Shown here piece after piece: positions 12,984 through 23,891 of a DNA stretch of 64,000 nt. The notes below the pieces were generated by a model that was not told where the DNA came from, searched no databases, and saw nothing but the letters and a program-made list of their open reading frames with translations. A program made the translations under genes and the position numbers. Position 1 is the stretch's first letter; each line of letters opens with the position of its first letter. Source of the stretch: Mantamonas sphyraenae STR306 (taxonomy: Eukaryota > Protista > CRuMs); the NCBI GenBank assembly GCA_026936335.1, contig JAPMXV010000062.1, positions 186,001 to 250,000 on the forward strand, read 5' to 3'.

Positions 12984-13503
12984 TCACCCAAGCATCCCTG
13001 CAATCTCCTTGTGCCCATTCGCTCGTGCAAGCTGCTTCGCCGTCTTGCCCTTCTTGTTCCGTGCTCCGTGTTCAGCTCCACATCGCAGCAGCACCTTGAC
13101 CGTCTCGCCGTGTCCCTTGGATGCTGCCATGTGCAATGGTGTGTTTCCATCCTTGGATGCACTCTCCATGTCTGCTCCACACTCGTGCAGTGCCTCGATG
13201 GCTGCAGTTGCCCCGTGCTGTGCTGCAACCCACACCGGGGTGCATCCTTTCCTTGTCCGCATCTCCACTTCCGCCCCTCCCTCCACCAATGCACTCACCG
13301 CCTCTGCCTGTCCTTCCCGTGCTGCCAGATGCAACGCCGTGTACCCTTGCTTCTGCTTCCCATCCACAGGCACTCCCACTTCCAACAACGCCACCACACG
13401 CTCCCTTTCTCCCGCCAGTGCTGCCTTGTGCAGTGCGTTCTCTTCGTTCTCATCCACCTCCAGTGCCTCCATCAAACTCATTGCACCCACGCCGCCCCTC
13501 GTG

Positions 13504-13541
<38 letters not shown>

Positions 13542-14744
13542 TCCTCCATCTTTCTCCCCTCCTTCTCCACCCTTTCCACCACCACCACCACCTGCTCCTC
13601 CTCCACCTCCACCACCACTTCTCTTCCCTCCATTCCCACCCCCCTCTTCGCCCTTGCCTCCCCGCTGTCCTGTCATCATCACCCGATTCAGTCCCACCGT
13701 GTTCACCCACGTCTTCAGGTTCCTGCTCGCCATCACATCCCGCAGCATCTCCGTGCACTCTTTGTGCTTGTGTGCCTGCGACCAGTCGTATGCTGTCTTG
13801 CCCAGCGTGTCCTGTGCGTACATGTCTGCCCCTACAAAGATCAACGCGAGCACCACGTTTGCATGCCCTCGCTTGGCTCCTGTGATTATTGCCGTCTCTT
13901 CCCGTGGGCCATACTTGCCTTCCATATCCACGCCAAACCCCACCAGCTCCAACACCACGTCCATACGTCCACAGTCCGCCGCGCTGTGCAGCAACCCCAG
14001 TGTGTCCACGTCCTCCTCCCGCACCTTCATCAGTGTCGTCACCTGTCTCAAGGTCCCGTAACGTGTTGCATTCACCAGCACCGGCCATGTCGGACGTGCT
14101 CCCCCCTTGACCAGCAACTCTGTCATCCTTTCTTGCTGCTGTGTCGTCACAACGTCCAACAGACTCTGTTCCATGTTGTCCACACAGTTTGCGTCTGCTC
14201 CCATCAGCAACAGTTGTCGTGCCGTGTTCTCCCGTCCCTGCACACACGCTTCCCACAGTGCCGTGTGCCCTCGTGTGCACCGCAGCTCCAGGTCAGCTCC
14301 GCATTCAACCAGCACCTTGACCATGTCCACACGCCCATCTGCAGCTGCCACAAACAGCGGAGTCAGCCCCGCATGTGTCTCGCGTGCATCCACACTCGCC
14401 AGACCAGCTGCCAGGTGTCGCACACACTCGCTGAAGCCCCGTTTCGCTGCAATGTACAGCGGTGTGCGTCCCAGCTTGTTGCGTGCGTCCACATCTGCTC
14501 CCAGCTTCACCAGCTCTTCCACCACTGGGTAATGGCCTCTGTACGATGCCACATACAGCGGTGTGCATCCGTTCTTGCCCCGTGCGTTGATCTTGGCCCC
14601 AACCTCAATCAGCACGCGGATGCTCTCCACCTGTCCGTTGACAGCCGCATAGTGGGTGGCCGCCCATTCTTGTTGACCAATGGCCATCATATCCTCGCCA
14701 ATCTCCAGCTCCAGACCCGCCGGCGGGTCGATGGATGTGTCCAT
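12984..14744 (-). CDS. Ankyrin-repeat protein, copy 1 (586 aa; two ANK blocks joined by a Gly/Ser linker)
   Basis: Multiple TPLH/TPLY/TALH ankyrin motifs; intact ORF. Confidence 0.92.
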
Positions 14745-15007
14745 GGTGTGGGTGGGTGGCGTGCAAAGAAGTGCGCGGAGTAAAGGTGCATCGGCCAGTG
14801 CGAGGATGGGTGGTGTGGTGGATACTGTTTGAGAGAGTGTGTTAACGTGTTGTACATGGGTGCATGGTGTGCCATGTGTACGCGTTGGATTTCATTTTCA
14901 CATACGTTTGCTGCACCCCCTCACTATCGGTTGGTCGCAAGTTCGTTTGTCTGTTCTAGGTTCCAGGGATCAACTACAACGTGGCACCGCTCTTGGTGAC
15001 GATTGCC

Positions 15008-15079
15008 GGCTGCGTGGTGTAGTGGTTAGCATAGGAGACTTTGAATCTCTTGACCCGGGTTCGAATCCCGGCGCGGCCT
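15008..15079 (+). tRNA. tRNA-Gln (anticodon TTG)
   Basis: Acceptor GGCTGCG/CGCGGCC, anticodon loop CT-TTG-AA, T-arm CCGGGTTCGAATCCCGG; followed by a T9 terminator at 15086-15094. Confidence 0.95.
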
Positions 15080-15213
15080 GACATATTTTTTTTTGCCATT
15101 GCGACATCAACACCTCCAGGGTCAAGCATTGAGTTGGGGGACCTCCCACGCATCCATACTGACTTTTGTTCACCACCTTTCTTCAATGCGCGTGCCGAAG
15201 CAACGTGTTTCCG

Positions 15214-16794
15214 ATGTTCTCGCGATCACGCGTCGTAGCACTGCAGTCGTCGCCAGTGGTTGCGGTTGAAGTTGTTCAAGGGGTGACTCGCTCGGCAGGT
15301 GGCCTGGCATCTCTCGTGGCTGGCCATGCGTGCGGTGAAAGCAGTGACAAGACGGCTGTTCTTTCCGGCAAAGCGGTGCAGACTCCCACAAGTTATGCTG
15401 AGCTGGGACAAGGAGCCCTCGGCGTTGCCAAGCGCCTCGCCGATGCAGGGGTGTCTGCTGGTGACGCTGTGTGCTTCCTGGTGCCGAACGAGGCGGAGTA
15501 CGCAGAAATCACCCTCGGCGTGTGGCACAACAGGGCCATGTGCGTTCCCATGTGCACGTCGCACACCACCCACGAACTGGAGTATGTATTGGAGCACAGT
15601 GGTGCGCGTGCTGTGGTCGTGCATCCAGACATGCAAGAACGCGTGCAAGATCTAGCCACGAAACGGAAGACCACGCTCATCAGCACAGAGGACATGCACG
15701 GGTCGCCTGCAGACGATATCAACCATTTGGGTGCATCTGTGCAGCTTCAGGATCCTGCGTTGATGATCTACACGAGCGGAACGACGGGCAGACCCAAGGG
15801 GGTGGTGACGACACACAGCAACGTCTCTGCCCAGATCGACTCGTTGCTGCAGGCATGGGATTGGAGTGCAGACGACCGCATTCTTCATGTGCTGCCCCTT
15901 CATCACGTCCACGGCATCGTCAATGTCCTTTACTGTTCACTGGCGGCACAGGCAACGTGTGATATGTTGCCCTCGTTCGATGCAGACGCCGTGTGGCACA
16001 AACTCATGTCGGGAGGCATTACTCGCTTCATGGCCGTTCCTACCATCTACAGCAAACTCATTGCCGCCTACGATGCCATGGATGAGGCGCAGCAAGCCAA
16101 AGCGTCGCAGGCCTGCCGCATGCTCAACCTGATGGTGTCTGGCTCTGCAGCACTGCCTGACTCTGTGTTTCACCGCTGGCACAACATCTCGGGCCACCGT
16201 CTGCTGGAACGGTATGGTATGACCGAAATCGGCATGGCGTTGAGCAACCCGCTGCGGCCGGAAGAGCAGCGCCTGCCAGGGCACGTGGGCAAACCCCTGC
16301 CCGGCGTGGAGACTCGTGTGGTCGACGGTGAACTGCTCATTCGTTCGCCCTCTGTGTTCCGCGAGTACCTCGGCAATCCCAAAGCCACGCGTGAGGCGTT
16401 TGACGACGACGGCTTCTTTCGCACAGGCGATGTTGTCGACGTCAACGACGACGGCGTGTTTCGTATCATGGGTCGACAGAGTGTGGACATCATCAAGAGT
16501 GCCGCATACAAGCTGAGTGCCCTGGAGATCGAACGGGAGCTGCTGGACCACCCGCACGTGCAGGAGTGTGCCGTCCTTGGCATTGATGACGACGAGTATG
16601 GCCAGGTGGTTGCCGCTCTGGTTGTCTCCCAACACATGGACGACGAAGAGGAGCTCAAACGCTTTGCAGCCAGTCGCATGGCTCGCTACAAGGTGCCACG
16701 TGTGTACCGCCTGCAGCGCGAGCCTCTGCCACGCAACGCCATGGGCAAAGTCAACAAGAAAGACCTGGTCAAGGCATGGACCACAACAGCGTGA
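15214..16794 (+). CDS. ACSF3: Malonyl-CoA/acyl-CoA synthetase, ACSF3-like
   Basis: YTSGTTGRPKG, LPLHHVHG, ERYGMTE, SVDIIKSAAYKLSALEIE, PRNAMGKVNK; Arg/Ser N-terminus is consistent with a presequence. Confidence 0.88.
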   Translation: MFSRSRVVALQSSPVVAVEVVQGVTRSAGGLASLVAGHACGESSDKTAVLSGKAVQTPTSYAELGQGALGVAKRLADAGVSAGDAVCFLVPNEAEYAEITLGVWHNRAMCVPMCTSHTTHELEYVLEHSGARAVVVHPDMQERVQDLATKRKTTLISTEDMHGSPADDINHLGASVQLQDPALMIYTSGTTGRPKGVVTTHSNVSAQIDSLLQAWDWSADDRILHVLPLHHVHGIVNVLYCSLAAQATCDMLPSFDADAVWHKLMSGGITRFMAVPTIYSKLIAAYDAMDEAQQAKASQACRMLNLMVSGSAALPDSVFHRWHNISGHRLLERYGMTEIGMALSNPLRPEEQRLPGHVGKPLPGVETRVVDGELLIRSPSVFREYLGNPKATREAFDDDGFFRTGDVVDVNDDGVFRIMGRQSVDIIKSAAYKLSALEIERELLDHPHVQECAVLGIDDDEYGQVVAALVVSQHMDDEEELKRFAASRMARYKVPRVYRLQREPLPRNAMGKVNKKDLVKAWTTTA

Positions 16795-16825
16795 GTGTGA
16801 ATGAAAGGCAATGGGTGAGTGTTTT

Positions 16826-17971
16826 TCAGTCGCTGTCGCTGTGGTGTTCGTCGTCCTCAACCACCTCGGTCGTGTCACCATCCACACCGGCATCCTTCAA
16901 CTGCTGCCGCAGACCCTTGATTGTCGCATTCTTCTCCGCCAGCATCTTCTTCATGCTCAGGAACTGCTTGCTGGAGCTCAGCTTGCCATTCATCTCTTCC
17001 TTCAGCTCGGCCAGCTCGCCTGCCACCGCCTGCAGCTTGGCCATGGTCTCTGCGTCGCCCGTAGATGACGAAGACGAAGAGCCTGCAGACGCTTCGTCCA
17101 ACTTGGCCGCTGCGTTGGCTGCTTCTGCCTTGGCTTTGGCCTTGTCGCTCTCTGCTTGCGTCACGTTGCTTTCAAGCAACTCGATGCGCTTCTGTGCCGT
17201 GCCCAGCTCGTCCTTCACCGTCATCAGCGTCACATTCATCTCGCTCTTTTCTCGCAGCGCATCCCTGCACTGCGCCTCTGCCTTGGCCAGTCGCTCCTTC
17301 AGCGTGTCACGCTCCAGTTGCAAGTTGGCGATCTCGTACTTCTCCTTTGCGTCCCCAGACATGGGTGCCAGCTTCTTGCCACCCAGGCCACCCTTGTTCT
17401 TTTCGATCTTGTCAATGTCGCTCATCAGCGTCCTGTGTCGTGCCGCGTCACGGGGGTTTTCGCGGTGTGTTAGCCGGCCATTCCGTTTTCCTCACGGCGA
17501 GTTTTTGGCGCGCGAGATCCCCTTTGCTGCCCGCTTGCGCCTCTCCCGCACCCCCAACTTACTCATCCTCCAGCGAGGCAGGATCCAGCTCCAGCATGGC
17601 ACCCAGCTTCTCCGCCTGTTGGAACAGCAGCTTGAGCATGCCTGCACTACGGTGTGCGGTGTCCTGCAGCTCCTTTGTCACCAACCGTCCCACATCGCTC
17701 TTCAGCCCGTCCAGGATGTCCTCCACCTCCGACAGCGCATACGTGTCCTGCGTCAGGCCCATTTCAGACACCATCGCAAACGCCGTGTCCACCTCCCGTT
17801 CGCTCTCCTCCCGTTTCAGTTTGGCAAACGCAAGGTACTTCTGAATCGTATCTGCATACAGCTCGTCCAACGATGACTGTGTGTCCACCCGCTCCAGTGT
17901 CAGTGGATCCCCCCTCTCGGTTCCTCCCCTCCTTCTCCTTCTCTCGTTCCTGCTTCTGCGGCTCGCACCAT
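16826..17971 (-). CDS. LZTFL1: LZTFL1/BBS17 homologue; exons 17971-17969 (ATG only), 17876-17563, 17432-16826
   Basis: IQKYLAFAKLKR...TY..SEV..ILDGL...LLFQQAEK and C-terminal MKKMLAEKNATIKGLR; splice sites in frame. Confidence 0.85.
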
Positions 17972-18014
17972 TGTTGTTTTGGAGCTGCCCCCGCACGGCC
18001 ACCGAAACACACAA

Positions 18015-18698
18015 ATGAGCGGCAAGAAAAGCAAAAAGTCGGCCGCCACCGAAGAGGTGGAGCCTCAGGATGCACAGGAACTCACTCTGATGGTATGAGC
18101 GGGATATGGACGCCTTGGCATGAAAAGCGCGCACGGGACGATCGCTGACCAGTCAGGAACTCGCACAAACCACCCCTACACACGCCCTGGCTTCGCAACG
18201 GACGTGTAACACACGTCCTCGCCTGCCTACCATCGTCTGCGTCCTTTTCCCATGTGCGGTGTAACACGCACGTCGGCCGCCGTCACGTCCACAGGTGCAA
18301 ACAATGCTGCAGCAAATGGTACGTTGGCGCCAAGTCGCTCCGTCGGTTTCCACCGCCGCTGGCCCAGCGACACGCAGCACAGACGTCGTGCAAAGGCTCA
18401 CACTACTCGTTCGCATGCAATCTCTACCCGCAGCAAGGCCGTTTTGAGGACATGAGCAACCAGATCATTGGCAGGAGTGCGTTCTTCGTTCGCGAGTTCC
18501 CTGGTCCTTGCGCCTCCCCTCCCCCACCCCCTTCGCATGAGCTCACACGCATGTGCACCACCCCACGCCCGGCATTCACCTCATCACTCACCCTCTGTGT
18601 GCGCTTCAGTCGACCAGATGGGCACCCGCATCGACGATCTCGAGGCGTCCATTGCCGACCTCATGGAACAAGCTGGCATCGAGGAGCAGAAGGAATAA
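18015..18698 (+). CDS. HSBP1: Heat shock factor binding protein 1; exons 18015-18092, 18295-18318, 18434-18476, 18610-18698
   Basis: Spliced product ...[51 protein letters not shown]. Confidence 0.9.
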
Positions 18699-18835
18699 GC
18701 GGAATTGAGTGTGCACGCAGCATCGTGTGTGTGTTTGTGTGCAGGATTCCATGATGCAATGCAATCCACCCCCTCTCTTTGTTGCAGAGTGACTGCGACT
18801 CCTGATCCCAACCACACACACACACACACAAGCAC

Positions 18836-19828
18836 ATGTCCACACTCACCAAGCAGTCCAGCGCACTCTTGGACGTCGTTGTCGTTGGCGCAGGCGTGAC
18901 GGGCATCACTGCCGCACGTGCACTGCAGGCAGATGGACTGTCGGTGAGAGTGTTGGACAAGGGCCGCGGCCTGGGGGGACGTGTGGCCTCTCGCAGGCAC
19001 ATCAAAGGGGCTTCGTTCGACCACGGTGCCGTCCTCTTTGCCACGGATGTGTCGTCTGAGGGCACCCAATGGCAGGACGGCTTTGTCGGCGTACCAGACA
19101 ACCGCGCAGCCGTTGAATCGCTGGCTAGTGGCCTCGACGTGCACACGCAAACCCAAGTGGGTGGCATGACGCGCACTGAAGAAGGCGTGTGGTCCCTGGC
19201 AGACACCAATGGGCAAGAACTCGTCCAAACAAAGCGCGTCTTTCTCTCCGTCCCGGCTCCACAGGCCATTGCCCTGCTCGAGCCTGTGGACGAGGCCGCC
19301 GAGATGGTACAACGCCTCGCGGATGTCACCATGGTGCCCACATGGACCCTCATGCTTGCCTTTCCCGACCAGGTGGCACCCGATGACGAGACACCCATTC
19401 GCCCCTTTTCCAAAGGCTCCGATCTGCACAAAATCGTGCACAACTCTGCCAAACCGCAACGTCCGGATCCCAGCAGCGAACAAGGGGCGTTGGACTGTTG
19501 GGTGGTCCATGCCAGTGTGCCGTGGACGCAGGATCACCTCGAGCTGGAGCGTGACGAGGTTGCCCCGCTGCTTCTGGCCAAGTTTGCACAGGAGTTGGAC
19601 ATGGACACAGACACTCATGGGTTGCCGCGGCTCACTCCTTCGGTCATGAGTGCCCATCGATGGCGCTATGCGTTTGCTTCGGAACCGCTTGGACAACCGT
19701 GCCTTGCCAACGACACGGCAGACCTGGTCATCGGAGGAGACTGGTGCACAGGCAAGTCTGTGGAAGATGCAATGGCCAGTGGCATTGCCGCTGCAAAGGC
19801 CATCGTTGCTGCCCACACGGAGGAGTGA
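18836..19828 (+). CDS. Renalase-like FAD/NAD(P)-dependent oxidoreductase
   Basis: VVGAGVTG, DKGRGLGGRVASR, FDHGA, HRWRYA, GDWC..VEDA..SG. Confidence 0.88.
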   Translation: MSTLTKQSSALLDVVVVGAGVTGITAARALQADGLSVRVLDKGRGLGGRVASRRHIKGASFDHGAVLFATDVSSEGTQWQDGFVGVPDNRAAVESLASGLDVHTQTQVGGMTRTEEGVWSLADTNGQELVQTKRVFLSVPAPQAIALLEPVDEAAEMVQRLADVTMVPTWTLMLAFPDQVAPDDETPIRPFSKGSDLHKIVHNSAKPQRPDPSSEQGALDCWVVHASVPWTQDHLELERDEVAPLLLAKFAQELDMDTDTHGLPRLTPSVMSAHRWRYAFASEPLGQPCLANDTADLVIGGDWCTGKSVEDAMASGIAAAKAIVAAHTEE

Positions 19829-20001
19829 GTGGGAACGAAGACTTCTCCTGAATGCAATGACGTCGTTCAACATGGATCAATCTTGTGCACGTGGTTGGTT
19901 AACAACCCCACAACATCAAACAGGAATCACACCACCCATCCTCGCACTGGCCGATGCACCTTTACTCCGCGCACATCTTTGCACCCCCCCCCACCCACAC
20001 C

Positions 20002-21204
20002 ATGGACACATCCATCGACCCGCCGGCGGGTCTGGAGCTGGAGATTGGCGAGGATATGATGGCCATTGGTCAACAAGAATGGGCGGCCACCCACTATGCG
20101 GCTGTCAACGGACAGGTGGAGAGCATCCGCGTGCTGATTGAGGTTGGGGCCAAGATCAACGCACGGGGCAAGAACGGATGCACACCGCTGTATGTGGCAT
20201 CGTACAGAGGCCATTACCCAGTGGTGGAAGAGCTGGTGAAGCTGGGAGCAGATGTGGACGCACGCAACAAGCTGGGACGCACCCCGCTGTACATTGCAGC
20301 GAAACGGGGCTTCAGCGAGTGTGTGCGACACCTGGCAGCTGGTCTGGCGAGTGTGGATGCACGCGAGACACATGCGGGGCTGACTCCGCTGTTTGTGGCA
20401 GCTGCAGACGGGCGTGTGGACATGGTCAAGGTGCTGGTTGAATGCGGAGCTGACCTGGAGCTGCGGTGCACACGAGGGCACACGGCACTGTGGGAAGCGT
20501 GTGTGCAGGGACGGGAGAACACGGCACGACAACTGTTGCTGATGGGAGCAGACGCAAACTGTGTGGACAACATGGAACAGAGTCTGTTGGACGTTGTGAC
20601 GACACAGCAGCAAGAAAGGATGACAGAGTTGCTGGTCAAGGGGGGAGCACGTCCGACATGGCCGGTGCTGGTGAATGCAACACGTTACGGGACCTTGAGA
20701 CAGGTGACGACACTGATGAAGGTGCGGGAGGAGGACGTGGACACACTGGGGTTGCTGCACAGTGCGGCGGACTGTGGACGTATGGACGTGGTGTTGGAGC
20801 TGGTGGGGTTTGGCGTGGATATGGAAGGCAGGTATGGCCCACGGGAAGAGACGGCAATAATCACAGGAGCCAAGCGAGGGCATGCAAACGTGGTGCTCGC
20901 GTTGATCTTTGTAGGGGCAGACATGTACGCACAGGACACGCTGGGCAAGACAGCATACGACTGGTCGCAGGCACACAAGCACAAAGAGTGCACGGAGATG
21001 CTGCGGGATGTGATGGCGAGCAGGAACCTGAAGACGTGGGTGAACACGGTGGGACTGAATCGGGTGATGATGACAGGACAGCGGGGAGGCAAGGGCGAAG
21101 AGGGGGGTGGGAATGGAGGGAAGAGAAGTGGTGGTGGAGGTGGAGGAGGAGCAGGTGGTGGTGGTGGTGGAAAGGGTGGAGAAGGAGGGGAGAAAGATGG
21201 AGGA

Positions 21205-21242
<38 letters not shown>

Positions 21243-21762
21243 CACGAGGGGCGGCGTGGGTGCAATGAGTTTGATGGAGGCACTGGAGGTGGATGAGAAC
21301 GAGGAGAACGCACTGCACAAGGCAGCACTGGCGGGAGAAAGGGAGCGTGTGGTGGCGTTGTTGGAAGTGGGAGTGCCTGTGGATGGGAAGCAGAAGCAAG
21401 GGTACACGGCGTTGCATCTGGCAGCACGGGAAGGACAAGCAGAGGCGGTGAGTGCATTGGTGGAGGGAGGGGCGGAAGTGGAGATGCGGACGAGGAAAGG
21501 GTGCACCCCGGTGTGGGTTGCAGCACAGCACGGGGCAACAGCAGCCATCGAGGCACTGCACGAGTGTGGAGCAGACATGGAGAGTGCATCCAAGGATGGA
21601 AACACACCATTGCACATGGCAGCATCCAAGGGACACGGCGAGACGGTGAAGGTGCTGCTGCGATGTGGAGCTGAACACGGAGCACGGAACAAGAAGGGCA
21701 AGACGGCGAAGCAGCTTGCACGAGCGAATGGGCACAAGGAGATTGCAGGGATGCTTGGGTGA
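20002..21762 (+). CDS. Ankyrin-repeat protein, copy 2
   Basis: Same protein as 12984-14744 except K/R in EG(K/R)YG. Confidence 0.92.
21208..21238. repeat. (CAG/AGC)n trinucleotide run encoding poly-Ser (mirrored at ~13508-13538)
   Basis: Perfect cag repeats following a G-rich poly-Gly tract. Confidence 0.9.
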
Positions 21763-21845
21763 TGTGTGTGTGTGTGAGGGACGCACAGGCGTGTGCAAAG
21801 GAACCCAATCCAAGAAACAAACAGGAAGGGTTGTTGGTGTTGCGA

Positions 21846-23673
21846 ATGAGCAGCAAAAGAGGGCAACGTGGCAGCAGCAGCAGCAGCAGCAACAGCAGAA
21901 ACAAGGAGGGACAGGAGAGACTGGGAGGACGAGTGACGCGATGGGCGGAGGAGGAACTCGGGTACGCGGGACAGGAGAGCATAGGGGAGGCTGGGGCGAT
22001 GGAGGAGGTGTGTCGAGGAGAGATGCGTGGGGTGTGGGAACACCTGACGAGGCATGTGATGAGTGAGGGCCGGGCTGAGGAGATACGAGGGAATCTGCGG
22101 GTGGCCGGGAACCGAGACTCAGCGGCGGAGGCAGCGTGGGAGGAGGCGAATGCAGAGAGGGAGCGACTGAAGGAGGAACTGCGTGCACTGGAAACACAGG
22201 TTGGGGCGCTGGGACGAGAGGTGGAGGAGGCAGAGGAGGGAGTATGGCAATGGGGTGAGTAATTTTGGCGCGCAGGAGACGGATGGGGGGCAATGCTGAT
22301 GGAGAAGCTGACACCAAAGGGGACGATGGAGCACAGAGAAGCAGGTGGGAGAGAGAAGGGAAGAGACAGGACGGAGCAAGGCACGGGTGTGGAGCATGCG
22401 CGGAGGGAGACGGGCTGGGGAACAGGAAGAGCGTGTGTTTGGCGAGTACCGACGACGGGTGGAGGAGAGGATGCGAGAGGCGGACGAGGTGGTGGGTGCA
22501 AGCAAGCAGCAGTTCTACTCGACGGAGAACAAGCAAGAGAGTCTGAGCATGCGAGTGGTGCGAGAGGCATTGGCTGGGGCAGACGGAGTGGTGAGCAAAG
22601 TGAGCGCGGGGGCATTGGTGGAAGAGCTGGCACGGGTGGCCAAGATGGACACGGCACGTGTGGCACACGAGAGCGCTGTGTTGGATGTGAGCAAGGAGGC
22701 AGAGGCAATGGAAGGGGCAAATGGGAACGGGGAGGAGGTGGAGAGCATCGAGGAGCTGCTGGGACAGCGACGAGAACGGCACGTGTGGCAGTACATGGAG
22801 AGTGAAGCGGCGCTGAACGAGGCACACCGGCAGTGGGAGGGGTTGCGAGAGCGAGAGGAGGCAGTGTACAAGGCAGTGGTGGATGGGGCGGATGCAGAGG
22901 AGGAGCTGGGGGTGGAGGCGATGGAGTGGAAGGTGGAAGCAGAGCGTGGGGTGCTGGAACGGGTGGAGGGAATGCTGGTGGAGCTGGAGAAGGAGCGGGA
23001 GGCGCAGGTGGGGGATCTGGGGGAGGTGAAGCAGCGGTGGCAAGAGATTGAGGCTGGACAGGAGGCATTGCGAGGACAATCGGGGCGGATTGGACGTGTG
23101 CTACGAGAGGTGGAGGAGAGCAGACGGTGGGTGGAGGAGAACGGGATGGAGATGGGAGCGTTTGTGCGTGAGGAGCTGCGGAGGGATGTGGATCAGATGC
23201 TGGAGGTTGTGGAAGGAGCGGTGGAATGGCGGGAGGCAGGAGACGAGGAGCTGGAGACGTGGTGGAGCAGAGGGGCACAGGCGTGTGAGGCGTGGGAGGC
23301 AGAGAGGAAGGTTGTGGGGTGGGAGCGCAGCTGGAAGAACGGGATGGGACGTGTGGAGGAATGGCGAGGGAAGGGGGGACAGTGGGATGAGGATGAGGAG
23401 GGAGCAGAGAGGAGGAGCAGGGTGGATGTGGATGAAGGGGTGGATGAACTTGTGCGGGCGGTGGAGGAGGAGCGGGGAAGGATGGTGGAGGCGTGGGGCG
23501 AGCAGCTTGCAGACGGGGTGGGGCGTGCGAAGGAAGGCGGGGAGAAGTGCCGTGTGGTGGAAGGGATTGCAAGGGATTGGTGGTACCAGCCGGCACAGTT
23601 TGTGGTGCCGTGGGTAGAGGTGGATGGGCGGAATGTGCAGGGGTGGCTGGGAGAGGCGAAAGCGAGCCAGTAG
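21846..23673 (+). CDS. HAUS5: Augmin/HAUS subunit 5, copy 2; exons 21846-22254 and 22337-23673 (581 aa)
   Basis: As copy 1; the 1-nt indel between the copies (G5 vs G6) lies inside the predicted intron, which supports the splice model. Confidence 0.85.
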
Positions 23674-23819
23674 GTGTGTGTGTGTGTACATAGTTGACAT
23701 GGTTGGAATAGATGATGATGTGGAATGATGAGGTGCAGGTTGTGTGAGGAGGAGGGAGGGGATAGGAATGGCTGTGGATGTGGGGAGCAGGAACGACAAA
23801 AAGAAAAAGAAAGCAGAAG

Positions 23820-23891
23820 AGGCAGATCCGGGATTCGAACCCGGGTTGAAAGAATCAGAATCTTCCGTGCTAACCACTACACTAATCCGCC
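23820..23891 (-). tRNA. tRNA-Gln (anticodon CTG), second copy
   Basis: Exact reverse complement of 10855-10926. Confidence 0.95.

Larger units (their letters stand above)
10781..14846. repeat. Left arm of ~4.05-kb inverted duplication (partner 19898-23965)
   Basis: Reverse complement of 19928-23965 matches 10781-14817 almost perfectly; homology decays to a shared GTTAAC at 14841-14846 / 19898-19903. Confidence 0.97.

Noticed and set aside
10803-14783. 1326-aa Pro-rich ORF and similar long ORFs (19927-23079, 20861-23596, 5015-7075, 1664-3322, 34915-36807, 51456-53012)
   Set aside because: Antisense shadows of real genes, produced by high GC and strand skew; no recognisable motifs
18086-18121. 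Alternative LZTFL1 first exon MPRRPYPAHTIR|GTGAGT
   Set aside because: It would place HSBP1 exon 1 inside the LZTFL1 gene; a closer ATG|GTGCGA at 17971 with a typical A/C-rich leader fits better
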